Under the pieces are notes generated by a model. It ran no database searches and had not been told where the DNA came from. It saw only the letters and a list, made by a program, of their open reading frames with translations. Positions 32,023-46,224 of a stretch of DNA of 64,000 nucleotides are shown here, one piece after another. The stretch is from Eledone cirrhosa. Taxonomy: Eukaryota. Each line of letters opens with the position of its first letter. Position 1 is the stretch's first letter. Position numbers and translations under genes: made by a program. The stretch covers positions 53,196,001-53,260,000 of the forward strand of contig OZ024740.1 of the NCBI GenBank assembly GCA_964016885.1. Reading direction: 5' to 3'.

Positions 32023-32899
32023 AATCGTGTCTGTCAGTATTCAAAATTGAAATTCAATACATATTTATACTTACAGTAATTAGCGATTTTTTTCTCAGAA
32101 CGTAGAGATTTTTACAGGTAATATAAATAACGGATGCAATAAGTGATGCAATTGGTTTCCAGCCTTTACCATACTGTATTTCCTCAAGCATCATGCCAAT
32201 AGTACAATATCCAGCGTGTTCTTTATGCTGTGTGATTTCGAAGCGATTTAGCTGTTATTTCTAGTAGATCATGATTTACTGACTCCTCGTAAGGTTCATT
32301 TCGTCAGGTAGTTTATTTTGTTCCTATACAAATGCTTATCTACAAATGCTTTGTCCAAAACACGAAACCCGAGATAACAAACAAATATTTACTATAATAT
32401 TTCTTATTTCCAGTATTTATTTATATTCTATTCATTTCGTGTTGGTTTTTCTGGTGTAATATGAAAGCTAAATAAAGTTATTTGTTATTGTAATTATAAA
32501 CCGAATGTAAGTTAGCGTTTTCGTTCATTTAAATAAAAAAATTTCAAAAGAAATGCATAGTTATATTTATTTATTGTCCTTTGGAGCAAAATGATAAAAC
32601 ATGAAAACCGCCGAACACTGATAATACAAATAAATGATCGAATTGCTGTTAATACATAGTTTTAATAATCTGCAAAATGTTTAATATAACATAATATATT
32701 ATAAGAAGGAAAATATAAATTTAATCTATTGCTTAACTATGGTTGGATTTATGAGCCGGTATATCAAGAAATTGTACTTCGTAAATATATTCCATTTAAT
32801 TATATGCAATAATAATTTTTTTCATAATATTTTTATTTTTGATATTAGAATTATATTTCAAACATTCTTTACAACAGAGAAATTCCAGTTATTGTAGAA

Positions 32900-33440
32900 C
32901 CATTGTGTTCTGACTATATCTCGAAGTGTTCTTCAGTGTTTTTTTGACACCCGCATTAAAAGAAAGTGGGTCATTCATTTCCTGGAAACGAAAGTTTCTA
33001 ACTGGCTGTAGAGTAGCTGCTCTATTTGCTAGCATCATCAGTCAGTCAGATTGCGGGTTAAATGATTCTCCACTTCTGGAGCTGACAGTTCTCTCCCAAT
33101 GCTCAATTCATCACTCATTTACAGATGGCGCCAAAGGCTTCATCTCTCAAAAGCTCTGTCGTGAAGACCATCTTGAAGATTCTGTAACGCCCCAAACAGT
33201 TACGGCCGTTACACAGATCATTCACAAACTCAAGAAAGATGTAAGCTGCAAGCAAGTCTTCACCATTCGGTTGCCCCAAGTAATTCAAGGTTACTTAAAA
33301 TTGTGAATGAAAGGCTAGCGAACGTGTTGGTGTCAGAACATTCTTGTGAGATTTAAAGTGGTGGAAGTACAGGTGGAATTAGACAGATAAGCTCGCGGAG
33401 CAATGTAACATTGATTTCCAGAAGCAATTCGATATTTTTT
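32900..33440 (+). mobile_element. Probable decayed RTE-like LINE fragment
   Basis: GC-richer coding-like island with weak similarity to the RT N-terminus; no intact diagnostic motif. Confidence 0.3.
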
Positions 33441-34004
33441 AATGTCTTGTTCAAACAAACAATGTAAACATCTTATGTAGATGATAATAATTACAAAAAA
33501 AAAAAAAAAATAGAAAAGAAAATTTAAGAAAAGAAAGGAGGCCTCTTGGCAAGTGGTTCTTGGATAAGATATGAAGTGATATTGAAAATGTAAAATAACT
33601 TAAAGGCATAGACTGATTTGCGAAATTAAAAAGGTTATCAACTTGGAAATCATTTGCTATTAGTAATAGCTGTGTGAATAAGAAAATGTGCCATTTTTGC
33701 CACCAAATTTATTTTGTTACTCCAAGCCATTCGTACTTGACATTCTCATCACAAATGACAATATTGTTCGGACAAATTATATATACAAGACTATCTCTTC
33801 AAATAAAGTATTCGTTATTGCAATATTCCAAACCTTACAACGATTAGTACAAAATAATTATAATCCCGACAAAATTATAATAATTATAAATAAGGTAATT
33901 CAGAAAATAAACGGTTATAATTAAAAATATATCCTTTATTCTTTTCCACTATTTCTAGATTGTTATTTATTTCAAGGAATTGTTTACTGGAAAAATACGC
34001 TATA

Positions 34005-34144
34005 CGTATACATGCATACATACATATATACATACATGCATACATATATACATACATATATACATACATATGTACACGCTCACATACATACATACATACA
34101 TACATACATACATACATACATACATACATACATACATACATACA

Positions 34145-34176
<32 letters not shown>

Positions 34177-34245
34177 CACGCTCACATACATACATACATA
34201 CATATATACATACATATACACGCGCATACAAATATACATATATGC
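34005..34245. repeat. (CATA)n microsatellite
   Basis: Directly visible. Confidence 0.97.
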
Positions 34246-34362
34246 ATTCCTCTCCATCATTCTCTCCTCTCTCCCTCCACACAGGCATTCATGGTTGCAT
34301 ACATACGTTTGAAACTATCTATCAATCTATGTATATATGTATTTATTTCTCTCTCTCTCTCG

Positions 34363-34414
<52 letters not shown>

Positions 34415-34782
34415 TATATATATATATATGTATGTATATAAGCATATTTATTTACACACACAAACACACATATGTACATATATAAAGCGAACTGGGAAAA
34501 CCGGTAGATCGATCTTTGTTCTGTGTTGAATTCTCCCTTCCCTCTAATACTTTCACGAACGATAAATACAGTATCGAGAGAGAAATGGGGTCGATTCCTC
34601 TTCTTTTCCTTGAATTTCTTTCTCTTTCTCTTTCATTCAGAATGTGTTTCATTGCACTTACAGAATGTCTTGGAGGATGGTTCACAGTGTCATATTTTTT
34701 TTAGAAACTCGGCAGGTTTTAGCAAATGTATAGCAACTCCTCTTGGATAATCTGAAACGTTACTGAAACCGTGCAACGATGG

Positions 34783-34839
<57 letters not shown>

Positions 34840-34886
34840 AAAAATTATAAAAAATAAACCAAAGAAGCCTTCAATACATCAAAAGT

Positions 34887-34940
34887 CTTTATTAGCCAAC
34901 AATGTTTCGTCCTATTAAGGACTCATCAGGGCAAGTAAAG
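34887..34940 (-). ncRNA. Type I hammerhead ribozyme with canonical core, near the 3' end of an AT-rich PLE-like UTR (about 34835-35620)
   Basis: CUUUACUUGCC-CUGAUGA-GUCCU uaau AGGAC-GAAA-C auu G-UU/GGCUAAUAAAG, with (TA)n about 50 nt downstream. Confidence 0.8.
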
Positions 34941-35879
34941 CTACAAGAAACACTATCAGCCAATACAAGCCAAAAACTCAGAAGAATATGGAGTATACAT
35001 CTATTAAAGCTTAGGAAAGATATCAAGGAAAAGTTGGCTAAGATTAAGAGTGAGCAGTTACAAACATAGATATGGACCAAATAGCAAGGAAGTGATTAAC
35101 ATGTTGAACCCACATTGCAAATATTATATAATGCAAAAACTTGAAACACAAATGGTAATATAATGCGAGAATTACAGTACGATATAGAATATAATATAAT
35201 ATAATAGATGGTGATAATAAAAAGCTTAATATATGTATATATATATATATATATATACATATACACATTAGTACAAATACAAACTAACACTTATTAAGTA
35301 TTTAAATAAATATATATATATTGTTTACAGTATAATATAATAAAGATAAAAATAAGAATAAAGATAAAAATAAAAATAAAATATAATATATAATTCCCTG
35401 TCAGTGTGCATAAACAATATAGAAACATTATAATAACATTATAATAACAATATTATAATATATTGGCATCAAAAGATATACAAAATTACATCATACATAT
35501 AATTCAAGGTTAACAAATAGTATAAAGTTTTACACAGAGTAAGAAAAAATCATATAGAACTAAGTTGTGTTGAAAAAATTGTGTTGAAAAAATATATGTC
35601 TGTGTATGTCAACCACGTAAATATATATATATATATTAAGCATTTCCTTACACTCTGTTTACTATTTGATATGAACGTTGTTATATCATATCATTTTTAT
35701 GTAATCGTATTATAGATTTTAATATATGTCTGTTTGAGGTACTGTTCAGTTATATTTTGTAATATTTTGTGATATATTGGTAATATTTATGCCAATGTAA
35801 AATGACTTGACCTCCGTGTATTTGTTACAATGGTATAGATATTTATAGTGTTATGAAAACTGACATACTCAACTTCTTG

Positions 35880-37680
35880 ATATCCGTTAAAACGATATAT
35901 GACCACATAATGGTTGCAATCTTTAAAGGCAAATTCAAGCCACTATTGTATCATCTTACTCACCTCATAGTGGGTACAGTGATGACGAAATGTGCAATTT
36001 TATGATGAGTTATCTGACCACATCTAAGCAGTTCCTAAGCATAATATCCTGTTAGCTTGTGAATATGTCAATGCTCATATTGTCAATAGGGATTCCCTAC
36101 ACAAGGCCAGTAACAGAAATAGGATCTGCCTTCAAAGTTTCCTAAATGACTATTGCTTTGAATGATAGTTTTCAAAAACGTCTAAATTGTCGATGGACTT
36201 GGAGTTCGCCTAATCGTAGTCTTTATCAAATTGATTATATTCTCTGCAGAAAGAAATGGTACAACAGGATCCATAATTGCTAGGCTCATTCTTCCTCAGA
36301 CACGATTGGAAATAACAGCACTATAAACAAGGAATTCACGATGAAACGTTTATACAATATCAATACAAATACTTCTGTTGAGGATTTCTCTCTGAATGAA
36401 ATTAAAATTACCATTAATTAAAGGAAAAACTAACCCCCCCCCCCCCAAAAAAAAAACAAAAAAAAACAACAACCAGAAGTATGTGGTATTTCAGCAATAA
36501 TACCTATTCCGAAGAAAGGTGATCTTAGGAGACCAGACAGTTAGCGTGGAATAAGCCTAATACAAGTCGCTGGCAAAATTATAATCACCATATCTTGAAC
36601 AGGCTTCGATCAGAAATCGAAAAAAATCCTAAACCCAAACCAAAATGGATTTATATCATCTAGATCTACATCATTACAGATTATGGTTCCCTGGCATCTG
36701 ATCAAAGAAGTAAGAAATCATCAAAAAGAACCCGTGTAGATTTTCAAAAAGCTTTTGATAGCATTAACTGTGAACGTATGTTTGAAGTTTTACTTGCCTA
36801 CAAACTCGTTAATGGAATCAGAATCATGTACTAAAACAACCTCTTTACGGTACTGACAGCAGAAGGAGAAACTGACTTCTTTTAAGTTGTCACAGGTATA
36901 CTTCAAGGTGATCCCCTCATACAGTATTTATTTACCATCGTAATTGATTATGTACGTGTTGCTATTGATGATTTTGATGGCTTTACTTTTCAAAAGTGTA
37001 GAAGCACAAGACATCCGCCACAACATGTAGCAGACATTGAATTCACTGATGACATTGTTTTATGTGCAGATTCAATATGTAAGGCACGGGATCTCTTACA
37101 CAAGGTGAAGTTTCTACTGAAGCTATGGGACTCTTCCTAAATATCAGCAAATACCTGATCACCGGCTTAGATCAAGAAACAAACATAAATTCATTAAATA
37201 ATATTTCTCTAGAAAAAGGAGACAGTTTCAAATACCTTGACGCATACACCAACTTATCAAATGATACAAACAACAGGATAGCGCAAGCATGGTCTGCTGT
37301 GAACTCATTAGATAAGGTGTGGAAATCTAACATAACCACAAAACAAAAGGTAAATTACTCAGTCTTACAGTATTCCTCTCAATCATGGTAGATGATAATA
37401 CTTATCACCGAAGCTTTAGATGATTGCTACACACGAATGCCAAGAAAGATAAAAAGTTGCTATGGAAAGCTCCCGCCCATTAGCCATACCATCCATGTCA
37501 GGCGTCTTCAACTTACAGGTCATGTCATGAGAGGCAAGGAACCTGCTACACAACTTTACTATGGGAGTCCAATATGAAAAGCAAACGCGGACGATCGTTT
37601 AAGACATTAAAGAGTCATAGGGGAAGATACAGACTTATCAAGTGAAGAATTGTTGGACCGTGTGATATGGAAAGTTTTTA
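35880..37680 (+). mobile_element. Decayed RTE-like LINE (EN + RT, internally deleted)
   Basis: WTWSSPNRSLYQIDYIL, IIPIPKKGDL..RGISL, QNGF, VDFQKAFDSIN, GILQGDPLIQYLFTIVIDYV, EFTDDIVL and FKYL in the correct order. Confidence 0.88.
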
Positions 37681-37818
37681 TCATGTTACCACAAAGAAGT
37701 GGGTGGATTTAGACGAAACTCCGGAGTAACAAAAGTCACAATTTAGCCTTAATAAAATGAATATTTAAACTGTACCTCGGTATTGAATACTCCTTTCTCT
37801 CGATCGTCAACTACATAC

Positions 37819-37895
<77 letters not shown>

Positions 37896-37896
37896 T

Positions 37897-38088
37897 AGGA
37901 GAAAGTATGACCCCGACGGCAGAGCTCAAGCCGTTTCGACGGCTATTTCCGTCCAGAAATAGCCGTTGAAACGGCTTGAGCTCTGCCGTCGGGGTCATAC
38001 TTTCTCCTATTACCCACTCTACTACCCTAAGTATTGAGTACTCTGGTGCGTTATGGTCCATCTGGTTCCTTACCACAACTCCCTTGTT
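37897..38088 (+). mobile_element. Family A palindromic element
   Basis: Palindrome 37897-38008 plus the family tail. TA-flanked. Confidence 0.9.
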
Positions 38089-38163
38089 ATATATATATAT
38101 ATGTAAGTATATATATATGTAAGTATATATTTGTATATATATTTATGTATATATATTTATGTA

Positions 38164-38235
<72 letters not shown>

Positions 38236-38236
<1 letters not shown>

Positions 38237-38438
38237 GGAACAAGTATGACCCCGACGGCAGAACTGAAGCCGTTTCGGCGGCTATTTCTAGACTAAGTAA
38301 GAATTTTTAGCCTGGTAAATACATGGCAAAACTTTTGATATGTTTGGCTATTTATTTACCAGGCTAAAAATTCTTACTTAGTCCAGAAATAGCCGTCGAA
38401 AGGGCTTCAGTTCTGCCGTCGGGGTCATACTTGTTCCT
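38236..38438. mobile_element. Family A element as a pure 203-nt hairpin
   Basis: About 88-bp arms, no tail, TA on both sides. Confidence 0.88.
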
Positions 38439-38894
38439 ATATATATAATATATCAAATATATTTACTTTATTCTTAACTCTGAAGCGGAGAATCATTCGG
38501 TTTATCTACTTTATTCTTAACTCTGAAGCGGGGAATCATTCGGTTTTCTAGTTAGAATTTTAGTCTATACCATTTAGGTGGTTTTGTCTTTGCGTGCAAT
38601 TGTACTCCACGCTCCACATATGACGTATTATCTTCGTTTTTTTCCGTTCATTGCCAGAGAACGTCTCTACGAACCACCTAAGAGAATATTAGTCTACGAC
38701 TTCTTTTATACCATAAAACAATTACACGCAAAGGCAGAAGCCTTTGCGTGTAATTGTTTTTCACCGCTCGAAATAATGACGTATTATATTCGTTTTTTCC
38801 CGTTCTTTTCCAGGGAACGTTTCCACGAACCAATGTATCGTCTTCCTGTCTTCCTCCGGTTGCAACGTTTTTTGAAATATTCACTTCTGCGTTT

Positions 38895-38970
38895 ACAGAT
38901 TGATTTTGTTAGTTTCAGATGATCCCATTAAGGGTGAAAGCAGCGATTCTTTGCTTAAACTTTAATCTGT
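38895..38970 (+). ncRNA. Type I hammerhead-like motif with U4A core (family E), at the end of element 38460-38985
   Basis: ACAGAUUGA..AGUUU-CAGAUGA-U-CCC auuaa GGG-U-GAAA-GCAG cgauucu UUGC-UU/AAACU-UUAAUCUGU. Confidence 0.65.
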
Positions 38971-39063
38971 TATTTTAATAAATATATATATATATATATA
39001 ATTATATATATATATATATATACATACATACATATATATATATATATAATTATATATATATAT

Positions 39064-39159
<96 letters not shown>

Positions 39160-39415
39160 ATGTATATATATATATATAATTATATATATATATGTATGTA
39201 AATAAAATGTCATCTCTATATAAACCACCGGTAATCTCCGGCAGTTTTCTATTTATCATGTTTAATATGAAAATTCCCAGAAGATCTGTGATTTGCGCGG
39301 AATCAGATGCCCCCATAGTGATATCAAAGTTTCTATCTCTATCTGAGCGTGTCCAAAATTCGTTATTGAAGTTAATGAGTGTTCTTCTAGCTATATATAT
39401 ATATATATATATATA

Positions 39416-40834
39416 GCTAGAAGAACACTCATTAACTTCAATAACGAATTTTGGACACGCTCAGATAGAGATAGAAACTTTGATATCACTATGGGGGCAT
39501 CTGATTCCGCGCAAATCACAGATCTTCTGGGAATTTTCATATTAAACATGATAAATAGAAAACTGCCGGAGATTACCGGTGGTTTATATAGAGATGACAT
39601 TTTATTTACGGTGGTCAAACACAATAATATAGAATTAAATAGAGTTAAGAAAAGTATAATAGAATTCTTTAAAACGTACGACCTTAAATTAGAAGTAGAA
39701 AATGGTACCAAAATAGTTAATTTCCTTGATGTTATCTTTAACTTAAACACTGGCTTCTATTACCCTTTTCATAAGCCTAATGAAAACTTAAATTATGTTA
39801 GTAACTATTCAAATCACCCTTGATCTGTAAAAAAGCTATAGTAAATAGTGTCCAAAAACGTATTAATAAAATATGAGCCAATAAAGATATATTTGATAAA
39901 AATACGGAATATTACAACAACGCTTTAAAAAGAGTAGGATATATGAATAATATAGAATATGTAGATAATAACAATCCATGTATTATTCCTAATAATAATA
40001 ATAAAAATAATAACACATATAAGAATAACTCTAATAACTATAACTCAAGCACACATACGCTAAATAAATCGAGAATACGAACTAGATCTAAACCAGTCAT
40101 ATGGTTTGCACCCCCAGCTTCGGTCGCAGTTCAAACACCAATTACAAAACTATTCTTTAAAGCTCTTGACACCTCTTTCCCTACTCAACATAAATACCAT
40201 TCCATTTTTAATAGACATACCATTAAATTCGCAAATTCTACAACCAGTAACATGGCCCAAAACATCGCCAAATTAAACGCCAAGATCCTAAAACCAAACC
40301 AACATAATGATCATAATAATAGAGTTAACATTAATGATACTAAACCAAAATGTAATTGTAGAAATAAAAATAATTGCCCTTTGCAAAATAATTGTTTAGA
40401 TAGTAATTTGGTTTATAAATGTACCGTAAAAAACTGACCGTAAAACATACAATTACATTGGATCAACCTCGTCCACATTCAAACTTCGTTTCGCGAACCA
40501 TAAATGCTCATTCTCGAACTCTAAGAAGAAATCATCCACGTCTTTATCACAGATCATATGGTTTTTAAAAGAGAAGAATCTAGAATACTCCATTCTTTGG
40601 ACAAAACTTCGGAACTGTGGAATTTACCGCAACTCTAGTATATCAAATAACTGCCCGCTCTGTACAATGGAGACCCTGTTGATTATTAATAATTATGAGA
40701 CCTTAATTAACAAAACAAGTGAATTATTCTCTAATTAGTTCCATAAAGCTACGTCCACTTTTTTAGCCTCACATAAAACGAGAAAGAAAGAACCAAGAAC
40801 AACTCGGTTACCAGGAATATATAATCAACAGTAA
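39416..40834 (+). pseudogene. PLE ORF remnant: RT C-terminal half, linker, Cys-rich knuckle and GIY-YIG endonuclease
   Basis: FDITMGASDSAQITDL, GLYRDD, VNFLDV, KPN..YVSNYSNHP, IWFAPP, CNCRNKNNCPLQNNC..NLVYKCTV, then (frameshift near 40430) YIGSTSSTFKLRFANHKCSF, LSQIIWFLKE, CPLCTME and LINKTSEL. Stops at 39821, 39874 and 40736, and two frameshifts. Confidence 0.93.
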
Positions 40835-42352
40835 AAAACATCAATGGCTTTTAATATTGCTTTATTTTATAACTATCTATAGAAAAAACAACGTTAGAAT
40901 GAATAACAATATTTCAATTAGCATGCCTAAACATTGATACACCCAACATTATTTGTTAACTTTGATCAACACTATCATTTATCTATAATTTAGTACAATA
41001 CCTAATCCTTACATATTTATTGAATTTATTTAACTGTGAATTTTTAATACATTTGTGATCTCTTTTAAATTTTAGTTTAATACCCAATCCAAAAATGTTT
41101 ATGAAACTTATTTATAACTCCAAATTTTTAATGACTTTTTGATCTATTATTTATTGTATAATATAGCATATATTTCTTTTAAATATACTTACTGCTCTAT
41201 AAAATCTAAATTTTGAGACGGATTCAGACTTATATATAAATGTGAATTTTTCGCTGTACTTTCGATCTCTTATTTATTTATTTATAATAAAATGTATTTT
41301 AATATATATGTAGTTATATATTGTATTTTATATATTTTTAAATATCTTTAAATATACCTACCATACTTCTATATATATGATTCAAACATAGAGAAAATAT
41401 CCAAACTAAAAATTATTATAGACATTATTTTGAACTCTATATTATACATACACTCATTGTTTGTTTTTCTTATATGTATGTATATATATATATTTAAATG
41501 TAACACGTTGATAAGAGTATAACTATTATCATTTACCTAAAGTATACTACACTAATAATACCTAATATATATCTATATATATACATCCCTATATCTAATA
41601 TTATGTTGATATCTTGATTGAAGAATAATTAGTACATTTACACCCAGTTATACATATGTATATATTTATCCTTAACATATTATTTTATTTTTATCTTCGT
41701 CGGTATTATTTACGTTAAACATACTGGCTCATTAATATATACCTATATACATAATAGTTATTTAAATATTTAAAACAATAAGTACTTAAAAAGTTTTACA
41801 TACCTAATATGTTGGTATATTTGTTAATGTTTAGATTTAGGTAATTGATCAACAGTATAATATTTCATTCTTTATGTGCCAGCTAAATCCTTTAAATGTT
41901 ATTCTCACAATTCAGAAGTTTAGAAATGATAACACACTTATTGAATTTATATAAATAATATATAAATAACTAGCAAATAATCCTGAAATCTGGAGTCTTC
42001 ACCTTAATATTACAAATTAAATATTTTCAAATTTAACCGTTTAACTTTTGCCCCCCCCCCCCCCCCCCACACACACACACTTGATTTTTTCCCTCCTTAT
42101 AAATCTTTTTCCAGTGGCTATCACTGGCTGTTATGATTCATGAGACGTTTTCTTAGATATATTGTAGTATCATACACTTTAAAATTTTAGAACACTTACA
42201 GTATGCAACGTTTTTTCTTACTCACATTCTCTAATGAATTTATTACGTTTTCGCACTTTCACATAGATATTATATAAGTAAAATTTTCTATCGGGTAATC
42301 ACTACCTTGATTAAATCTTAGCCATTTAACATCTCAGGGTATGTCATGTATC

Positions 42353-42415
42353 ATTATATTTTGTCTGATGAGGACGTACTGTTGTACATCCGAAATATGT
42401 ATAATAAAATGTAAT
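42353..42415 (+). ncRNA. Type I hammerhead ribozyme of the PLE 3' terminus
   Basis: AUUAUAUUUUGU-CUGAUGA-GGACGUAC uguu GUACAUCC-GAAA-UAUGUA-UA/AUAAAAUGUAAU: 12-bp stem I, predicted cut after 42403. Confidence 0.92.
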
Positions 42416-43438
42416 TGATCAAAAGAACATCTATTTTATTAATACTTATATTTTAATATTATATATATATATATATAGGAAAAGAGTTACGACCTCGACG
42501 GCTGAGCCCCACCCGTTTCGACAACTATGGCGTGCCAGGTGTTTCAAGCGCTGATACGTTATCATAGACGCAATGATGTTAAGTATATGAAACACCTAAT
42601 GCATTGGTTTATTTTAAAGCATCATTGAACGGTTAGCTTTATTTAGAATGTTGTAGCTAGGATGGTTTTCATTTATTTTCCTCGTTAGATTCCATATTTG
42701 CTATGAAATATTTTCTTTTATACGTGATTGAACTCATGAACTTATATTTCACCGTATCACCTACTTGGTCATATAGTATCCACTCGATGATTTGCAGATT
42801 GTTTTTACACGTTATACCAATTGATAGGAATTGGCGAACAAAGCACTTGTAAATTATATTGCCATTTTCAGCAGCTTTCAGCAATACACAAACAGTACTG
42901 CTTACATAAATGGTATTAAAGTAGTTGGTTAGCAAACAGACTATTATTTTATTAATCATTAATTAGGTGCCGGGCACATCTTTGGAGAATGGATATGAAC
43001 TTCAGCTATTCAGTTTAAAAGCCTGATTTCTGTGTTATATTGATTTTCATGTTAAATGTATTAATAAGCAGTTGTAATACAATACTAACATTAAATGTTT
43101 AATACTAAATAATTTCACTAAACAGACAGATATGGGACACATATAATGACATAGCAGTGTTACAAAGTGTAGAGTATAGAATGAAATATAAATGAAAAGA
43201 CGGTTTGAAATATTTAATTTAATCTTTAAAATAATTTTTTTTAGAACTTTTAAAATACATAATTAATTGTCCATATTTAAAATTTCTTTGTTTCAACTGA
43301 ATTATGTTTTATTTGTATGCTGTATGCATATTTGTCCGTTTTATTATTCTTATTCAAAATTTTCAATTAGAATATTTATCGTTTTTGAATTTCAGGAATG
43401 TTTATATTTCAGTCGTTGATATTTTCTTGTAATTACAG

Positions 43439-43553
43439 ATTAATTATAAAGAAGAGACAAAAAGAATACACCAATGGAAAAATAACAACTACATATCCAA
43501 ACCACAAATATCTAATGAAAATGATACGTCGGAGAGGCACGCCATGGAGCATC
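43439..43553 (+). other. Candidate host exon containing a Kozak ATG
   Basis: Acceptor ttttcttgtaattacag, 115 nt with an open frame, GCCATGG at 43541-43547, and donor gtatga. Confidence 0.25.
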
Positions 43554-43732
43554 GTATGATTTTTTGTTGTTATCATTCCCTCCTGCTTTTTACACAGAAT
43601 AATTATAAGATTTGATAAATTATGTGTTATTTACTTAAAAAAAGCAAGCGTGGTGAGACATCGTAATTGCCAGGCAAGAACCATTTGGACAGTTAATTTC
43701 TAGTTCGCTATCAAACATAAAGCATAAAGTTC

Positions 43733-43821
<89 letters not shown>

Positions 43822-43934
43822 TCATGGAAGCTGTGTGTGTGTGTGTGTGCGTGTTATATACACAAATATAAAAACACATATATCTCTACACACATATACT
43901 CACAGACACACATAAAAAACAGAGTGAGAGATAT

Positions 43935-43968
<34 letters not shown>

Positions 43969-44390
43969 GGGGGAGAAATAGATGGTGGATAAAGGAATCA
44001 AAGATAAATTTTTTCGTTGCCTGTTTTTGATTGTCTTTCAATTTCAGCCGAATAATTAAAATAAGTTTGTTTATGCAATATTGACTGAGAAAGTTTAATA
44101 CCTAAAATGCACATATCGCAGCAGATTGCCTTCAATTTTCTTTCATTCCATCTTTTTCATTATTATTCTTACCGTCCACATCTCTACACCATTTACAAGT
44201 TCCACTGGAAGTTGATAGTGAAGGTGGAGTGAGAGATGCCGCCCTCAAGTAAATTTATCAAATGGTGATTAAAACAGGCCAGCAAAGCTCAAGCGGATGA
44301 GCTTGATATCAGCAAAGGCCAGTAGATTTGAGTTGGAAATTAGGCGTAGTAGTAACCCTCTCCCTATATATATATATATATATATATATA

Positions 44391-44479
44391 GGAACCAGTA
44401 AGATACCCACTCTACTACCTCAAGTATTGAGTACTTTGGTGCGTTATGGTCCACCTGGTTCCTTACCACATTTCCTTCG

Positions 44480-44481
<2 letters not shown>
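44391..44481 (+). mobile_element. Family A tail fragment (further fragments at 42478-42530 and 45482-45549)
   Basis: Nearly identical to the ends of 10755-10904. Confidence 0.85.
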
Positions 44482-44539
<58 letters not shown>

Positions 44540-44591
44540 CTATAATACGAAGAGGGTGTTTAACTCCAACACGCTCCAGTATTTTAATCCT

Positions 44592-45470
<879 letters not shown>

Positions 45471-45546
45471 TATATATATATAGTAATTTAGTTCAGAACT
45501 AGCTGTCGAAACGACCGGAGCCCAGCTTCGGGGTCCTGACTCTTTT

Positions 45547-45590
<44 letters not shown>

Positions 45591-45593
<3 letters not shown>

Positions 45594-45888
45594 AAATAAA
45601 AATCTGAAGGCAAGGTAAAATTCCAATCATTTTAATCACGACACATGTTTCAATAAGAGATAGATCGATCGTAAAGCCATGATCTATCTCTTATTGAAAC
45701 ATGTGTCGTTATTAAAATGATTGGAATTTTACGTTGCCTTCAGATTTTCATTTTGATACTTATACTCCGTTTTACAACATCTAGCTGTTCCCTTGAATGG
45801 AATTGGAGATATACAAAAGCGTGGAGAATTTAATATTGCTAACATAAATTTATTGGACCGTTTTACACAACCAATAATACACCTTACT
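45591..45888 (+). mobile_element. Fold-back palindrome (45591-45756) plus tail, carrying the 3' half of an HHR
   Basis: About 77-bp arms. U-GAAAC augu GUC at 45695-45707 follows the central stem. TA-flanked. Confidence 0.75.
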
Positions 45889-45934
45889 ATATATATATAT
45901 ATATATATATTAGAATTGGTGCTCTGAAATAGCG

Positions 45935-46163
45935 ATATGAATGTATATATAGTGTATTTTGCAAGACACTGTATGCTTAATTAAAAGCATTTTGAGGAAT
46001 ACCAACAGTATGAAACAGAGATCTGTCAGCTTTTCTCCCTTTGTTTGTTGAAAAAAGAAGTAAGTGACATAGTCACTACTTTAAAACAATGGCGTAAGGT
46101 CTTCAAAATGCTTTTAATTAAGCATACACTGTATTGCAAAATACACTATATATACATTCATAT
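45935..46163. mobile_element. Inverted-repeat island with an HHR-like motif at 45983-46034
   Basis: About 60-bp arms. UUGAGGA-AUAC caaca GUAU-GAAA-CAG agau CUG-UC/AGCUUUU (C3U core). Confidence 0.55.
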
Positions 46164-46170
46164 ATATATG

Positions 46171-46219
<49 letters not shown>

Positions 46220-46224
46220 TTATA

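Larger units (their letters stand above)
39198..42460 (+). mobile_element. 5'-truncated Penelope-like retroelement (Naiad-type) with 5' inverted duplication, long AT-rich 3' UTR and terminal HHR, inserted in (TA)n
   Basis: RT and GIY-YIG motifs (next feature), inverted arm 39198-39391, HHR 42353-42415, and (TA)n on both flanks. Confidence 0.92.

Noticed and set aside
39821-39876. In-frame TGA codons in the PLE ORF as selenocysteine (reported for some Naiads)
   Set aside because: They are not at evident conserved Cys positions, the copy also has two frameshifts and a TAG, and I recognised no SECIS. A family consensus would be needed.
42669-42959. ORF with NIIYKCFV...SIGIT resembling GIY-YIG
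   Set aside because: Spacing and downstream residues do not fit well; too weak without a profile search.
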